Positions 1 to 9,843 of a stretch of 64,000 bases of DNA are shown one piece after another. The stretch lies in the NCBI GenBank assembly GCA_963842085.1, contig CAWJET010000001.1, forward strand, positions 2,720,001 through 2,784,000. The letters run 5' to 3'. Origin of the DNA: an uncultured delta proteobacterium. Its GTDB lineage: Bacteria > Desulfobacterota > Binatia > Binatales > Binataceae. A program made the translations under genes and the position numbers. The notes beneath the pieces are model-generated. The model was given only the letters and a program-made list of their open reading frames with translations. It did no database searches and was not told where the DNA came from. Positions within the stretch are counted from its first letter, which is position 1. Every line of letters starts with the position of its first letter.

Positions 1-35
1 CGCCGCTATCTCGAAAATTGACGATTGAGCAGATC

Positions 36-593
36 ATGAAAATTTCCGCCGCCGATCTTCCTCATCTTCTCGCGGCTGCCGTTCTCATGGCCGCCGTGGC
101 CGTGCCCGCCGCGACCGCCCGCGCGGCCACGTCAGCTCGCGACGCCGACGCCCTGGCCAAGGCCACTTACATCTATATTGCGACGGTCCGCAAAGACGGC
201 AACCAGAGCAAAGCCGCGCCGGTCTGGTTCATCACGACCGCCGACAACCAGGTCCTGATCGAAACCTCGCCGACCAGTTGGAAAGCCAAACGAATCAAGC
301 GCGGCAGCCCGGCGCTCATCTGGATCGGCTCGAGCACCGGCCCGGCGTTAATCGGCAAAGCGGAAATCGTCCAGGACGAGACGCTGCAGGACGAGGTGAT
401 CGAGCAGTATCCCAAGAAATACCTGCTCGCGCGAATCGGTTTTGCGCGTCCCTCACGCGCCAAGCTGGATTCGGGCCAAATAGTCGTGATCCGAATTTCG
501 CCGGCGCGCGATTTGCCCGACGGATTTCAGTCCACGCCTGGCACTCCTGCGCCCCTCCTTGACGAGAAGCCAAAGCCCGCTACCGCCCAATAG
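36..593 (+). CDS. PPOX/pyridoxamine 5'-phosphate oxidase-like split-barrel protein with signal peptide
   Basis: IATVRKDG...PVWF...SWKAKRI motifs of PPOX-class proteins; hydrophobic N-terminus ending AxA; ATG at 36 preferred to TTG at 18. Confidence 0.7.
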   Translation: MKISAADLPHLLAAAVLMAAVAVPAATARAATSARDADALAKATYIYIATVRKDGNQSKAAPVWFITTADNQVLIETSPTSWKAKRIKRGSPALIWIGSSTGPALIGKAEIVQDETLQDEVIEQYPKKYLLARIGFARPSRAKLDSGQIVVIRISPARDLPDGFQSTPGTPAPLLDEKPKPATAQ

Positions 594-637
594 AGCGCGT
601 CTTGAAATTGGCTTCCTATTAGGCCAGCATCCTGCCT

Positions 638-1575
638 ATGCGTTCAGTTCGACTGGGTATGGCTTTGGTCGTCATCGCGTTGCTAACCAGCACGACCGGC
701 TTTGCGGAGGACTTCGGATCGCTGCGGGTGTCGGAGGCCGATTTGCTTACACCCGCGCAGCATCAATTCGACGTCGAGGTTGGCGACACCTATCAGTTCC
801 TGGTTGGCAACAACACGCTCCGCCGCCGCATCAACTCGTTTCCCGACAGCGCGATCAGTTTGCAGCACGATCAGGGCGTCTCGCAGATGCAGGTGCCCGA
901 AGTGCTGGCCACATTCTGGTTCGACGACGTCAACGCGGCGCAGTTCCAGTTCAGATACTTCGGCATCTACGGCAGCAAATTTGAAACTCAGCCGCTCGCG
1001 TTTGGCGGGACGATTATCTCCCCGAATCAGAAGCTGAATCCCGGCGGCACGCGCTGGTACACGTTCGGTGGATACTACGAGCGCCGCCTGACGCCGCTGT
1101 ATCAGGATCGCGAAGATGGATTGCCGCAGTTTCTGCAGGGATGGGACTCGCGCGCAAAGCTCGGCCTCGAGTTCACCTACAACGATTATCGAATCAACGA
1201 CGGGTCGCCGAACTTCAGCCAATTCTCGCAGTACGAAGCCCGAATCCGTTTCCACGACAAGGGACTGCCGATTCCGGTGATCGGTATCGAGGAGCGGCAT
1301 TGGCTGGGGGCCAACTTCGCGTTCGAGGTGACCGCGCAAGGCTATTGGGCCAACGGAATTCAGGCCGCAGCGAGGGCGGCACGGTCTACGACTCCCAATC
1401 GGGTTTCGAGACTCACTGGCGCGTCATTTACTCAAACCGGGAGTGGCGCGGCTTCGCCCCATTTGCCGGCCTGAATTACTACTACTCGAAGTACACGCAG
1501 ACGTCGTCGGGGGTGGGCAACTTCCTGCGCGTGCAGATGTACGGTCCTGAAGTCGGCTTCAACTGGAGCATCTGA
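638..1575 (+). pseudogene. Probable outer-membrane beta-barrel protein split by a frameshift near 1352-1356
   Basis: Signal peptide and alternating aromatic strands in ORF 638-1474; coding-like continuation NSGRSEGG...GPEVGFNWSI in the frame ending 1575. Confidence 0.6.
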
Positions 1576-1630
1576 TCCCCGCGCGAAATAGTGGCTGGCC
1601 TCATACGCGCCGCGGAGTAAGATCAGGATC

Positions 1631-2029
1631 GTGGCGAATGATTCCGCATACGCGCTGATCAAGTGCGCGCTCAATTGCCGATGTCCGCTCTGCCGTAATG
1701 GCGCGATTTTCCGCTCGCACTTCACAATGAATCGCGAATGCCCGCGATGCCACGCCGTGTTCTGGAAAGATCCGGGAGAGACCTTGGGCGCGATGTATCT
1801 CGACTTCGCCGTGGCCGCCGGCTCGTTCCTGGCGTGCTGGGCGCTCCTCGCCCTCGCCACGCACCTTTCTGACGTCGTCGAAATTTTCATTCTGTGCGCC
1901 ATCGCATGCGGCAGCGTGCTGCTCTGCTACCCGCTCACCCGCAGCGCCTGGACCGTGCTGGTCTATTTATCGGGCGGCATCGAGCGCCCGCCCTTGCGCA
2001 CTATCCAGGGCGGCAAGAAATCGGCCTGA
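1631..2029 (+). CDS. DUF983-like membrane protein with Zn ribbon
   Basis: CRCPLC...ECPRC followed by two TM helices. Confidence 0.75.
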   Translation: MANDSAYALIKCALNCRCPLCRNGAIFRSHFTMNRECPRCHAVFWKDPGETLGAMYLDFAVAAGSFLACWALLALATHLSDVVEIFILCAIACGSVLLCYPLTRSAWTVLVYLSGGIERPPLRTIQGGKKSA

Positions 2030-2040
2030 TCATTCTGTTT

Positions 2041-2074
2041 CCTCTCCCTGCAAGGGAGAGGATGACGGTGAGGG
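2041..2074. repeat. REP-like palindrome CCTCTCCC-TGCAA-GGGAGAGG with GGTGAGGG tail; may act as a terminator
   Basis: Perfect 8-bp inverted repeat between convergent genes; resembles the widespread CCCTCACC..CCTCTCCC..GGGAGAGG intergenic repeat. Confidence 0.55.
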
Positions 2075-2116
2075 TACAGCGCGCATTTTTCCGCACGATT
2101 CAAGCTTCTGCGTATC

Positions 2117-3319
2117 TTACGAATTTTTCCTGCTCTCGAATTTCGAACGCGCTGCCAGTTTCTCCTGCAGATGGCTCAGCCGCTCGGCCGCTGCCGCAAT
2201 CGTCTCGTCGCTTTTCGAAAACGTGAATCGAATCTTCCGATGCCCTAATTCCGCCCGATGGTAAAAGCTTGAACCGGGCACTGCGGCGACTCCCACTTGG
2301 TCGAGCAGGAAGTCTGCTGCCGCAAAATCGTCTTTGAATCCTAGCCCGCCGATCTCCGCCACGATGTAGTACGCGCCGTCGGGCTTGCTGCATTCCAGGC
2401 CCGCCCGCGTGAGCGCCGCGTACAGCGCGCCGCGTTTGCGCTCGTACATCGCGGTCAGCGCCGCGTAAAACGATTCCGGCAGGCGCAGCGCGACGGCGCC
2501 GGCTTCCTGCAGCGGATGCGGCGCGCCGACGGTCAAAAAGTCGTGCACCTTGCGAATCGCCGCTGTGATTCTTTCGCTGGCGATCGCGTACGCCAGCCGC
2601 CATCCCGTGATCGAATAGGTCTTCGACAGCCCGCTGATCGTCACCGTCCGCTCGGCCATTCCCGCAAGGCTCGCGATCGAGATGTGGCGCGCGCCGCCGT
2701 AAATGATGTGCTCGTAAATTTCGTCCGTGATCGCCAGCGTGTCATGGCGTTGGCATAACGCGGCGATCGTTTCGAGCTCGGCGCGGGTGAACACCTTGCC
2801 GCTCGGATTGTGCGGAGTGTTGATCACGATTGCCTTGGTGCGCGGCCCGAACGCCGCTTCGAGCTCGGCGCGATCGATCGAAAAATCCGGGTCGCGCAGC
2901 ACCACGTAGCGCGGCGTCGCACCGGCCAGGATCACGTCGGGGCCGTAGTTCTCGTAGAACGGCTCGAAGATGATCACCTCGTCGCCCGGGTTGATCACCG
3001 CCAGCATCGTCGCGATCATCGCCTCGGTCGCGCCGCAGGTCACCGTGATGTTGCGGTCGGGATCGCACGCGATGCCGTTGTAGCTGCGCACCTTGTCCGC
3101 GATGGCGCGCCGGAAATTCGGCGAGCCGTGCGTGATCGCGTACTGATTGTATTCCTCGTCGATCGCGCGCTTGGCCGCTTCCTTGATTTCGGCCGGCGCC
3201 GCGAAGTCGGGAAATCCCTGCGCCAGGTTCACCGCGCCGCAGTTGAGCGCCCGCCGCGTCATCTCGCGGATTACAGATTCGGTAAACAGCCGGGTCTTGG
3301 CGGAAATGTCAGTCGGCAT
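2117..3319 (-). CDS. PLP-dependent aminotransferase class I/II (YbdL/DapC-like)
   Basis: NLAQGFPDF, NTPHNPSG, DEIYEH, SKTYSITGWRL. Confidence 0.92.
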   Translation of the reverse strand: MPTDISAKTRLFTESVIREMTRRALNCGAVNLAQGFPDFAAPAEIKEAAKRAIDEEYNQYAITHGSPNFRRAIADKVRSYNGIACDPDRNITVTCGATEAMIATMLAVINPGDEVIIFEPFYENYGPDVILAGATPRYVVLRDPDFSIDRAELEAAFGPRTKAIVINTPHNPSGKVFTRAELETIAALCQRHDTLAITDEIYEHIIYGGARHISIASLAGMAERTVTISGLSKTYSITGWRLAYAIASERITAAIRKVHDFLTVGAPHPLQEAGAVALRLPESFYAALTAMYERKRGALYAALTRAGLECSKPDGAYYIVAEIGGLGFKDDFAAADFLLDQVGVAAVPGSSFYHRAELGHRKIRFTFSKSDETIAAAAERLSHLQEKLAARSKFESRKNS

Positions 3320-3440
3320 GAGTCAGTTGTCGCAGTCTAACCGCGCATGCGTGCGCGCGACAACTTGCGCGAGATGAGCTTGAAATCGAAAACTAACTGC
3401 GGACTACGATTCGTGAAAAAATTACGCTCGTGAAAGCCCG

Positions 3441-3644
3441 CTAATCGGCCGCTTCTTCTTCCAGCACGCCGGGCCCCTGCCGAAGCCGCCACTCATCGAT
3501 TACCTCGACGTTGAAGCGCCAGTCGCTTCCGATCTTGAAACCGGGCAACTGGCCCTTCTTTAGCAGACGATAGATTGTCGAGCGATGCACTCGCAGATAT
3601 TCGGCTAGCTCGTTGACTGTTAGGACTTTCGTCGAGGATGGCAT
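3441..3644 (-). CDS. Small excisionase/BldC-like HTH_17 DNA-binding protein
   Basis: LTVNELAEYLRVHRSTIYRL..GQLPGFKIGSDWRF; SD AAGAGG upstream. Confidence 0.88.
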   Translation of the reverse strand: MPSSTKVLTVNELAEYLRVHRSTIYRLLKKGQLPGFKIGSDWRFNVEVIDEWRLRQGPGVLEEEAAD

Positions 3645-3835
3645 CCGTTCATTTCCTCTTTAATGGGCCTATCCGTCCCTAGGCTGGCAAATAGACTATC
3701 ATAAAAGTTGAACTGCGCTATAGACCCTCTTATTGGACTATTTCCTGCATAAAATCAAGCCCCAGGTAGAATTTACAAAGCCCGTTTGCACTATTCGGCA
3801 CAGAATCGCGCGCTTTTTCGTGCTTTGGGAACGAT

Positions 3836-5296
3836 CTAGCCGAACAGTCGGTTGGCGGCTTCCCTCAGCTCCGCGCGATGATCCGGGTGAGCAATCGCGA
3901 TCAGTTCGGCGGCGCGCTCGCGATGGTTCTTGCCGAGCAGCCGCGCGATTCCGAATTCCGTAACCACCGTGTCGGCGAAATAGCGCGGCACTGTTACCAG
4001 CGCGCCGGCTTCGAGTTGCGGCACGACGCGCGAGATCGCGCCGCCGACCGCGGTCGATTGCAGCAGCGTAATGGCGCGGCCGCCGGGGCATAGAAACGCG
4101 CCGATATGAGTTTCCGGCTGTCCTCCCGTCCCGTTCATCATTCGCGCGCCGAGCACGCTCTCCGAATTGATCTGTCCGGTCAGATCGATCGCGAGCGCAT
4201 TGTTGATCGACGTCTGCCGGTAATTCGCGGACAGCGTCGCGATCTTGAGCACGTACTCGGGATCGTAAAGCTCGAACGCCGGGTTGTCGTCGATTATGCG
4301 CAAGTCGTCGGGATCCGAGCCCGACCACGCGACCGCCACCGCCTTGCCGCGATGGCTCGTCTTGCGCCGCCCGTTGATGATTCCCGCGTCAACCAGTCGC
4401 GCGATTCCCGGCGCGACCATTTCGGTGTGAAGCCCCAGGTCGTGCTTGGTGTCGAACGCGCCCAGCCGCGGCATCTGCGAGCTGGGGTCTCCGACTCCGA
4501 TCTGGATCGTCGCGCCGTCTTCGAGGAGTTCGCTCAGGTATCCCGCTATCGCCTTGAACTCCGCGGGCGGTGGCGTAAGGCCGAGCAACACGCGCAAATT
4601 CGCAAGTGGAGTGCGTTGCAGATACTGGACCAGCGGCCAGATCCGTTCGACGCCCACTTCCGCGATTACCGCGCGGATGCCTTCGCGCTTGTCGGCGTCC
4701 ATTGCCGCCAGCGCATTCTCGATCGCATTCAGGTCGGGCGGTGGCGGAGTTCCCTCGACGAAATAATTGAACTCCGAGACATGCATGTAAACGTCGCCGT
4801 AGGTGCGCGTCATGCTCGCGTCAACTTCGGCGATCGCGTGGCGCGCGCGCCGCGCGTACATCCGCTTGTTCCACTGATGCGGCCCGAAGCTGACGAAGCC
4901 CTTGGCATTGGGCGTGGTAACGTTGACGAACGTGAAATCCACCGGCTTGTCTTCGGCGGGCCGCTCGTCGTGCGGCTTGAAACCGGTCGAAAATAAATTG
5001 GGCAGGTAGGTGGCCGCATTTCGGTCGTGCACCGGACGTCCCATATTGCCGATAAACAGCTCGAACTCGATCTTGAAATGCGCCGCGGCTTCTCCGCCGA
5101 GCCATCCCGGATCGATCAGCGGTGACGACATCCTGAGATCAACCACGCCGCCTATTTGCCTGCCCCGCGCCGCCAGCGCGCGCTGCATCACGGTGCCCGC
5201 CGCGAGCGGGAAAACCACTCGCATCCCCGTTTTTACCATCGCGGCCGCTTCCTCGGCCGCAATCGTGCGCGATCGGTAGTACTCCTGCCAGTTCAT
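3836..5296 (-). CDS. Acetyl-CoA hydrolase/transferase family protein
   Basis: TIQIGVG, LGLHTEM, DLTGQ, GTGGQ, VVTEFG, AHPDHR; start taken at MNWQEYY. Confidence 0.88.
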   Translation of the reverse strand: MNWQEYYRSRTIAAEEAAAMVKTGMRVVFPLAAGTVMQRALAARGRQIGGVVDLRMSSPLIDPGWLGGEAAAHFKIEFELFIGNMGRPVHDRNAATYLPNLFSTGFKPHDERPAEDKPVDFTFVNVTTPNAKGFVSFGPHQWNKRMYARRARHAIAEVDASMTRTYGDVYMHVSEFNYFVEGTPPPPDLNAIENALAAMDADKREGIRAVIAEVGVERIWPLVQYLQRTPLANLRVLLGLTPPPAEFKAIAGYLSELLEDGATIQIGVGDPSSQMPRLGAFDTKHDLGLHTEMVAPGIARLVDAGIINGRRKTSHRGKAVAVAWSGSDPDDLRIIDDNPAFELYDPEYVLKIATLSANYRQTSINNALAIDLTGQINSESVLGARMMNGTGGQPETHIGAFLCPGGRAITLLQSTAVGGAISRVVPQLEAGALVTVPRYFADTVVTEFGIARLLGKNHRERAAELIAIAHPDHRAELREAANRLFG

Positions 5297-5405
5297 TTGT
5301 GCATTCCATTTTTTGACGATCAGCGTCTTCGAGCCGACACAATGGCCCAAACCTGCCGACGCTGGCAAACTTGTCCGCCTCCACCCGAGCGGTTAGCTTT
5401 CGAGC

Positions 5406-5999
5406 ATGCTCATTGCCGACGGCGAATTCCGCTACGACATCCGCCGTGCCGGCGAGGTGATAGCCGTTGAAACTGAAACCCTGGCCGCGGGACGGATTCA
5501 CGGCCTTCGGCATCCGGCGAGCGGCTCCAACGTTTACGAAGTCGAAGCCGAGCTCGACGACACCGCGCTTGTCCGCCGCTTGGTCGTTAGCTACAGCCGC
5601 GGCCCCTTCACTCGCAACGCGACCTACGAATCAGCCGACGGTTTTCTGCGCGGCAACGTCAGCGCGGGGGGCAGCCGCAACGACTTGACCACCAAGCTCG
5701 GGCGCTACGGCGAAGTGGACGCTGACCTGGTCATCTTCCGCGCCCTGACCATCGCGCATGTCCGCGAACGGGGGCAGACACGATGGACCGGGCGGGTGGC
5801 GGCGATCGATCCGAATACGCTCGTCGCCGCGACCAGCAAGCAATCGTGCCGGCAGCGTGGCAACGATCCGTACGTGTGGATTTTCGAGCCGCGGATGGGC
5901 GACTCCGAGGAAATTGAGATTGACGACGCGGGACACGTGCTACGACGCCGTGATTCACGCGGCATCGAAACCGTGCTGGTCTCGACGTCTCCCTGCTAG
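5406..5999 (+). CDS. Hypothetical beta-rich protein
   Basis: 197-aa ORF with host-like codon usage filling the gap; no motif recognised. Confidence 0.55.
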   Translation: MLIADGEFRYDIRRAGEVIAVETETLAAGRIHGLRHPASGSNVYEVEAELDDTALVRRLVVSYSRGPFTRNATYESADGFLRGNVSAGGSRNDLTTKLGRYGEVDADLVIFRALTIAHVRERGQTRWTGRVAAIDPNTLVAATSKQSCRQRGNDPYVWIFEPRMGDSEEIEIDDAGHVLRRRDSRGIETVLVSTSPC

Positions 6000-6006
6000 G
6001 CGCCCC

Positions 6007-6348
6007 TCACGCCGCCAGCTTCTTCGTCGGCATCTTGCAATCGCCGTCGAACTGCGCGCCCTCGTTGAGCACCAGGCTCGGCGTGCTGATCGTGCATTGC
6101 ACTCGCGCCGTCGCCATCAACTCTACGCGTTCGCGCGCCGTCACTTCGCCGCTGAAGGCGCCCGCAATCGTCACCTTGCTCGCGGAAATCCGCGCGCTCA
6201 CCACCGCGCCGGCCGCGATTACAACTTCCTCTCCGGTGATCTCGCCTTCCGCTTCGCCTTCGATTTTCACCGGGCCGCGAAAATTGAGTTTGCCCGAAGC
6301 CTTGGTGCCTTTTCCGATTCGTGATTCGAATTCTTCGTTGAGCGCCAT
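6007..6348 (-). CDS. Bactofilin (polymer-forming cytoskeletal protein)
   Basis: IGKGT..SGKLNF.GPVKIEG...GAQFDGDCKM beta-helix repeats. Confidence 0.88.
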   Translation of the reverse strand: MALNEEFESRIGKGTKASGKLNFRGPVKIEGEAEGEITGEEVVIAAGAVVSARISASKVTIAGAFSGEVTARERVELMATARVQCTISTPSLVLNEGAQFDGDCKMPTKKLAA

Positions 6349-6523
6349 ATGCTGATTGCCTTTCCCGGTTGGGGGTTTCACTATTGCGGGAATGAGCAAG
6401 CACACGCAATCCTTCCTGGCCGGATCGCAAATGTGAATGAAACATTAAGTAGTGCGCCGTAAGTCGCTTGCACGCGTCATGTCGCGCAGCGCAATGTTTT
6501 TCAACAAGGAGACTCTGCTTCAA

Positions 6524-8443
6524 ATGAATCGCGAATCCGACCAACGGCGCGAGCATGGACCTGAACGCCGCGGCGGCCAGGGACTCGATCCGCATCAGTA
6601 CGATTCCGGCGACACGACGATCCTTGGGCTGCTCGCTGAGACTCCGGCTGCCGACCACGTCGATCTCGTGATCACGTGGCGCGCCGACGCGTACGAAGTG
6701 TGGTCGCGGCGCGGCATGATTCGATTCAAGCGCTTAGCCGACGAACGCGGTGCGCTGTCATTCAAGGTCGTCGAGCAAATCGGCGAGAACCCGATCGCAA
6801 ATCAGGATCCGTTCATCGTCTCGACGATCGGCGAGGAACTCGACGCCGCCGCCCGCAGCGGCAATCGCACCGACGATCCGAATCACGCGTACTTTGAGCC
6901 GCACGTGATGAGCCACCCTTATGCGTACGAGCGAATCGCGCAGCTCTTCGACAGTCCGCGCGCGCCCGACCTGATCGTCAGCCCCAAAGCCTACGCCTAC
7001 GGAATTCAGCCGGGGCAGCACGGCGCGCTCGACGTGGTGCAATGCCGCGCGCCGCTGGTCTTCAGCGGCCCGGGCGTTCGCCGCGGACTCTTCAAGCTGA
7101 ACGCCCGCCAGGTCGACGTCGCGCCCACGATCGCGCGCATCGCGGGACTCGCGAAAACCGCCGGCCTCGACGCGTCGGGCTCAAGCGCCCAGGTCTATCT
7201 GAAGCGACAGGACGGACGTCCGCTCGACGAAATCATCGATGACAAGGCGGACCGCCCCAAGCGCGTGTACATGATTCTCCTCGACGGCCTGTCGCATTCG
7301 GAACTGCGCCATCAGCTCGACAACAGTCCCGGCGCCATTCCAAACATCGCCGGCCTCGTCGAGCGCGGCGCGATGCTATCGCACGGCTCGATCGTCAACT
7401 TCCCCAGCATCACGTGGCCGAGCCACTCGACGATTCTGACCGGCGCGTGGTGCGGGCATCACGACGTCGTCAATCCCACTTTCCACCTGCGCGAGCATCG
7501 CGAGACCGTGCCGATCCAGGGCAACATCTTCGAGACCGAGCGCTATCTGAGTCACGACGTCGAGACGCTCTACGAGGCCTTCAAGCGCGCCGGCGGCCCC
7601 GGCGCGATCACCGCCTCGATCCATGAGCCGCAGGGGCGCGGCGCCGATCACGCGGTGTTCGAGCGGCGGATCGTCGGCGACAAGGCGCGTCTCAAGACGC
7701 TCACCGCCGAGATGGTTTCCGACGTGAGCCCGCGATGGGCGGCGGACAACATTCCCGCAATGACCCGCGAAGAGATCGTAGACATCCGCGGCATGGCGCA
7801 AGTGATCAATCTCTTCGACCATTGCACCGGCGACGCGCCCGTGTTTGTCGCGCACGAGTTCGTGCTGACCGACGGCGCCGGTCATGACTACGGCCCGCAT
7901 CACGAGGGGCTGCGCGAGGCGCTCTATCGCACCGACAAACGAATCGGCGCGGTGCTCGAGTTGTTCCGCGCGCGCGGCTTGCTCGAATCCACACTGTTCG
8001 TCGTCACTTCCGACCACGGGATGGCGGCGCAGCGCGTCGAGCTGAAGGCGAATCCGGCGCGCGAAGCCGAGCGCGCTGGTATCCAGGGCGTGTTTGCCGA
8101 GCCTATGATCTATCTGCGCGACCTGCGCGTCGAGGTCGAACGTGCGCGCGACCTGCGTAGCATCCGGGTCACCGTGCTCGACAACGATCACCTGCCCGAC
8201 GGCGAGCATCCGCCGGTCGCAGGCGCGCGCGTAACGCTGCACGGCCGCGGCGATGCCGTCATCGGGGAAGCCCGCACGCCGGAGAGCGGCCAAGTCGCGT
8301 TCGCGACCCCAGCCGACGCCTCCGACGCGGAGCTGACGATCGGCGTCGAGCTGAAGGGCTTCAACTCGCGCAAGCTGCGCGCCGACGGCACGTCGCTCGC
8401 CAAAGACATCCGGAAAATTCTCTACGCGAACTTGAGCTCATAA
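6524..8443 (+). CDS. Alkaline phosphatase superfamily nucleotide pyrophosphatase/phosphodiesterase, motif order permuted
   Basis: ILLDG, FPSITWPSH, DGAGH, TSDHG; SD AAGGAG upstream of ATG 6524. Confidence 0.8.
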   Translation: MNRESDQRREHGPERRGGQGLDPHQYDSGDTTILGLLAETPAADHVDLVITWRADAYEVWSRRGMIRFKRLADERGALSFKVVEQIGENPIANQDPFIVSTIGEELDAAARSGNRTDDPNHAYFEPHVMSHPYAYERIAQLFDSPRAPDLIVSPKAYAYGIQPGQHGALDVVQCRAPLVFSGPGVRRGLFKLNARQVDVAPTIARIAGLAKTAGLDASGSSAQVYLKRQDGRPLDEIIDDKADRPKRVYMILLDGLSHSELRHQLDNSPGAIPNIAGLVERGAMLSHGSIVNFPSITWPSHSTILTGAWCGHHDVVNPTFHLREHRETVPIQGNIFETERYLSHDVETLYEAFKRAGGPGAITASIHEPQGRGADHAVFERRIVGDKARLKTLTAEMVSDVSPRWAADNIPAMTREEIVDIRGMAQVINLFDHCTGDAPVFVAHEFVLTDGAGHDYGPHHEGLREALYRTDKRIGAVLELFRARGLLESTLFVVTSDHGMAAQRVELKANPAREAERAGIQGVFAEPMIYLRDLRVEVERARDLRSIRVTVLDNDHLPDGEHPPVAGARVTLHGRGDAVIGEARTPESGQVAFATPADASDAELTIGVELKGFNSRKLRADGTSLAKDIRKILYANLSS

Positions 8444-8447
8444 CCTC

Positions 8448-9227
8448 ATGGGCGACCTCGACGGAAAAATCGCACTGGTGACCGGCGGCACGCGCGGGCT
8501 CGGCCGCGCGATCGCGCTCCGAATGGCGCGGATGGGCGCGACGGTCGCGATGAACTATCGGCGCGACGAAGCAAGCGCGGCGAAAACGTTCGTCGAGGTC
8601 CGCGCGATCGCACCGCGCTCGATCCTCGTCAAGGCCGACCTCGAAGACGAAGCCCAAGTCCGCGCGATGGTCACGCGCGTCGCCTCTGAGCTGGGTGGCC
8701 TCGACATTTTGATCGCGAACGCGGCTGCAACCGCATTCAAGCCGCTGCTGGAGGCCAAGTCGCACAACCTCGTGCGGACCTTTGCGCTATCGGTCAATGG
8801 ATTCGTCGCTATGGTGCAGGAGGCAAATAAGGTGATGCGCGCCGGCGGGCGCGTGTTGATGATCTCCGGGATCGACTCGATTCGCAATCTCCCCGGCCAC
8901 GGCGTGCTTGGCGCCGCGAAGGCCGCGCTCGAGAGCATGGTGCGCGACTTCGCCTTCGAGCTCGGCCCGCGCGGCATCACGGTCAACGGTCTCAATGTCG
9001 GTTACATCGACACCGACTCGGCGCGCTTCTACGCGAATTATCTCGGCGACAATTACGAAGATTTTCAGCGCCGATGCGCCGAGCGCTCCGCGCTCAAGCG
9101 GCTGCCAACCCTCGACGAGATTGCAGCGGTCGCGTGCCTGATCTGCTCGCCCGCCGCCAGCTACCTGACCGCGCAAACAATCATGGTCGACGGCGGCTTC
9201 ACGCTGAGCTTCCCCGGCGCGATGTAA
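8448..9227 (+). CDS. SDR oxidoreductase (FabL-like enoyl-ACP reductase)
   Basis: TGGTRGLG, NAA, AKAALES, VDGG. Confidence 0.88.
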   Translation: MGDLDGKIALVTGGTRGLGRAIALRMARMGATVAMNYRRDEASAAKTFVEVRAIAPRSILVKADLEDEAQVRAMVTRVASELGGLDILIANAAATAFKPLLEAKSHNLVRTFALSVNGFVAMVQEANKVMRAGGRVLMISGIDSIRNLPGHGVLGAAKAALESMVRDFAFELGPRGITVNGLNVGYIDTDSARFYANYLGDNYEDFQRRCAERSALKRLPTLDEIAAVACLICSPAASYLTAQTIMVDGGFTLSFPGAM

Positions 9228-9843
9228 TTTCGTCCCACTGAATTGTTTCTCTCGCGGGAAGCGAGAAGAGTCGTGCTGACGAGCGGACCGCGAGGGATAC
9301 GACGAACACTCCCGACATCACGTAGTAGATGGGCGCGGGGTGGGTGGGGCCCTTCAGGCGGCCGAGATAGGTGAGCAGAAAAATCAGCCAGATGTAGTAG
9401 ATGCCGAACGAGTGCAGGTGCTTCCAGTTTCGGCCGAGCGTACGCACTGCCCGATCGTTCGACGTAATCGCCATGAGCGCGATCAGCAGGTAGCCAACGC
9501 CACCGAGGATTGGGACAAAGATCGGCGGCTTTATGCCGCCCTTTGCGAAGTAGGTAAGGATCGCCGCCAAATGAACGGTGTGTGCGCCGGTAAACCCGAG
9601 ACCGATACCGCGCCGCTCACGCAGCACAGCAACTGCGGTTGCGGACGGCAGTATTCGCGCCAACGGTCGAGCGAGAAACGCGCTCAAAAATAGGCAGGCA
9701 GAAAAACGCGCCGTCAACTGCGTGGCACGATGCCAGCCTTCAACTCCCGTTCCTTTGGCGAGGATGCTCGCGGCAAGGAGCAGGGCATTCGCCCAGGTCC
9801 CCGTCGCCAGGAGCAAGCCGCTGTGGCGGTGGGCAGATGCCAT
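9199..9843 (-). CDS. Ferric reductase-like (MsrQ/YedZ-type) transmembrane protein
   Basis: RRGIGL..AHTVH, AITSND, WKHLH; TAATG coupling to the upstream VOC gene. Confidence 0.75.
   Translation of the reverse strand: MASAHRHSGLLLATGTWANALLLAASILAKGTGVEGWHRATQLTARFSACLFLSAFLARPLARILPSATAVAVLRERRGIGLGFTGAHTVHLAAILTYFAKGGIKPPIFVPILGGVGYLLIALMAITSNDRAVRTLGRNWKHLHSFGIYYIWLIFLLTYLGRLKGPTHPAPIYYVMSGVFVVSLAVRSSARLFSLPARETIQWDEITSRRGSSA

Noticed and set aside
3441-3835. Prophage or ICE boundary suggested by the excisionase-like gene
   Set aside because: No integrase, att repeat, tRNA or phage genes nearby; the same applies to 60562-60783.
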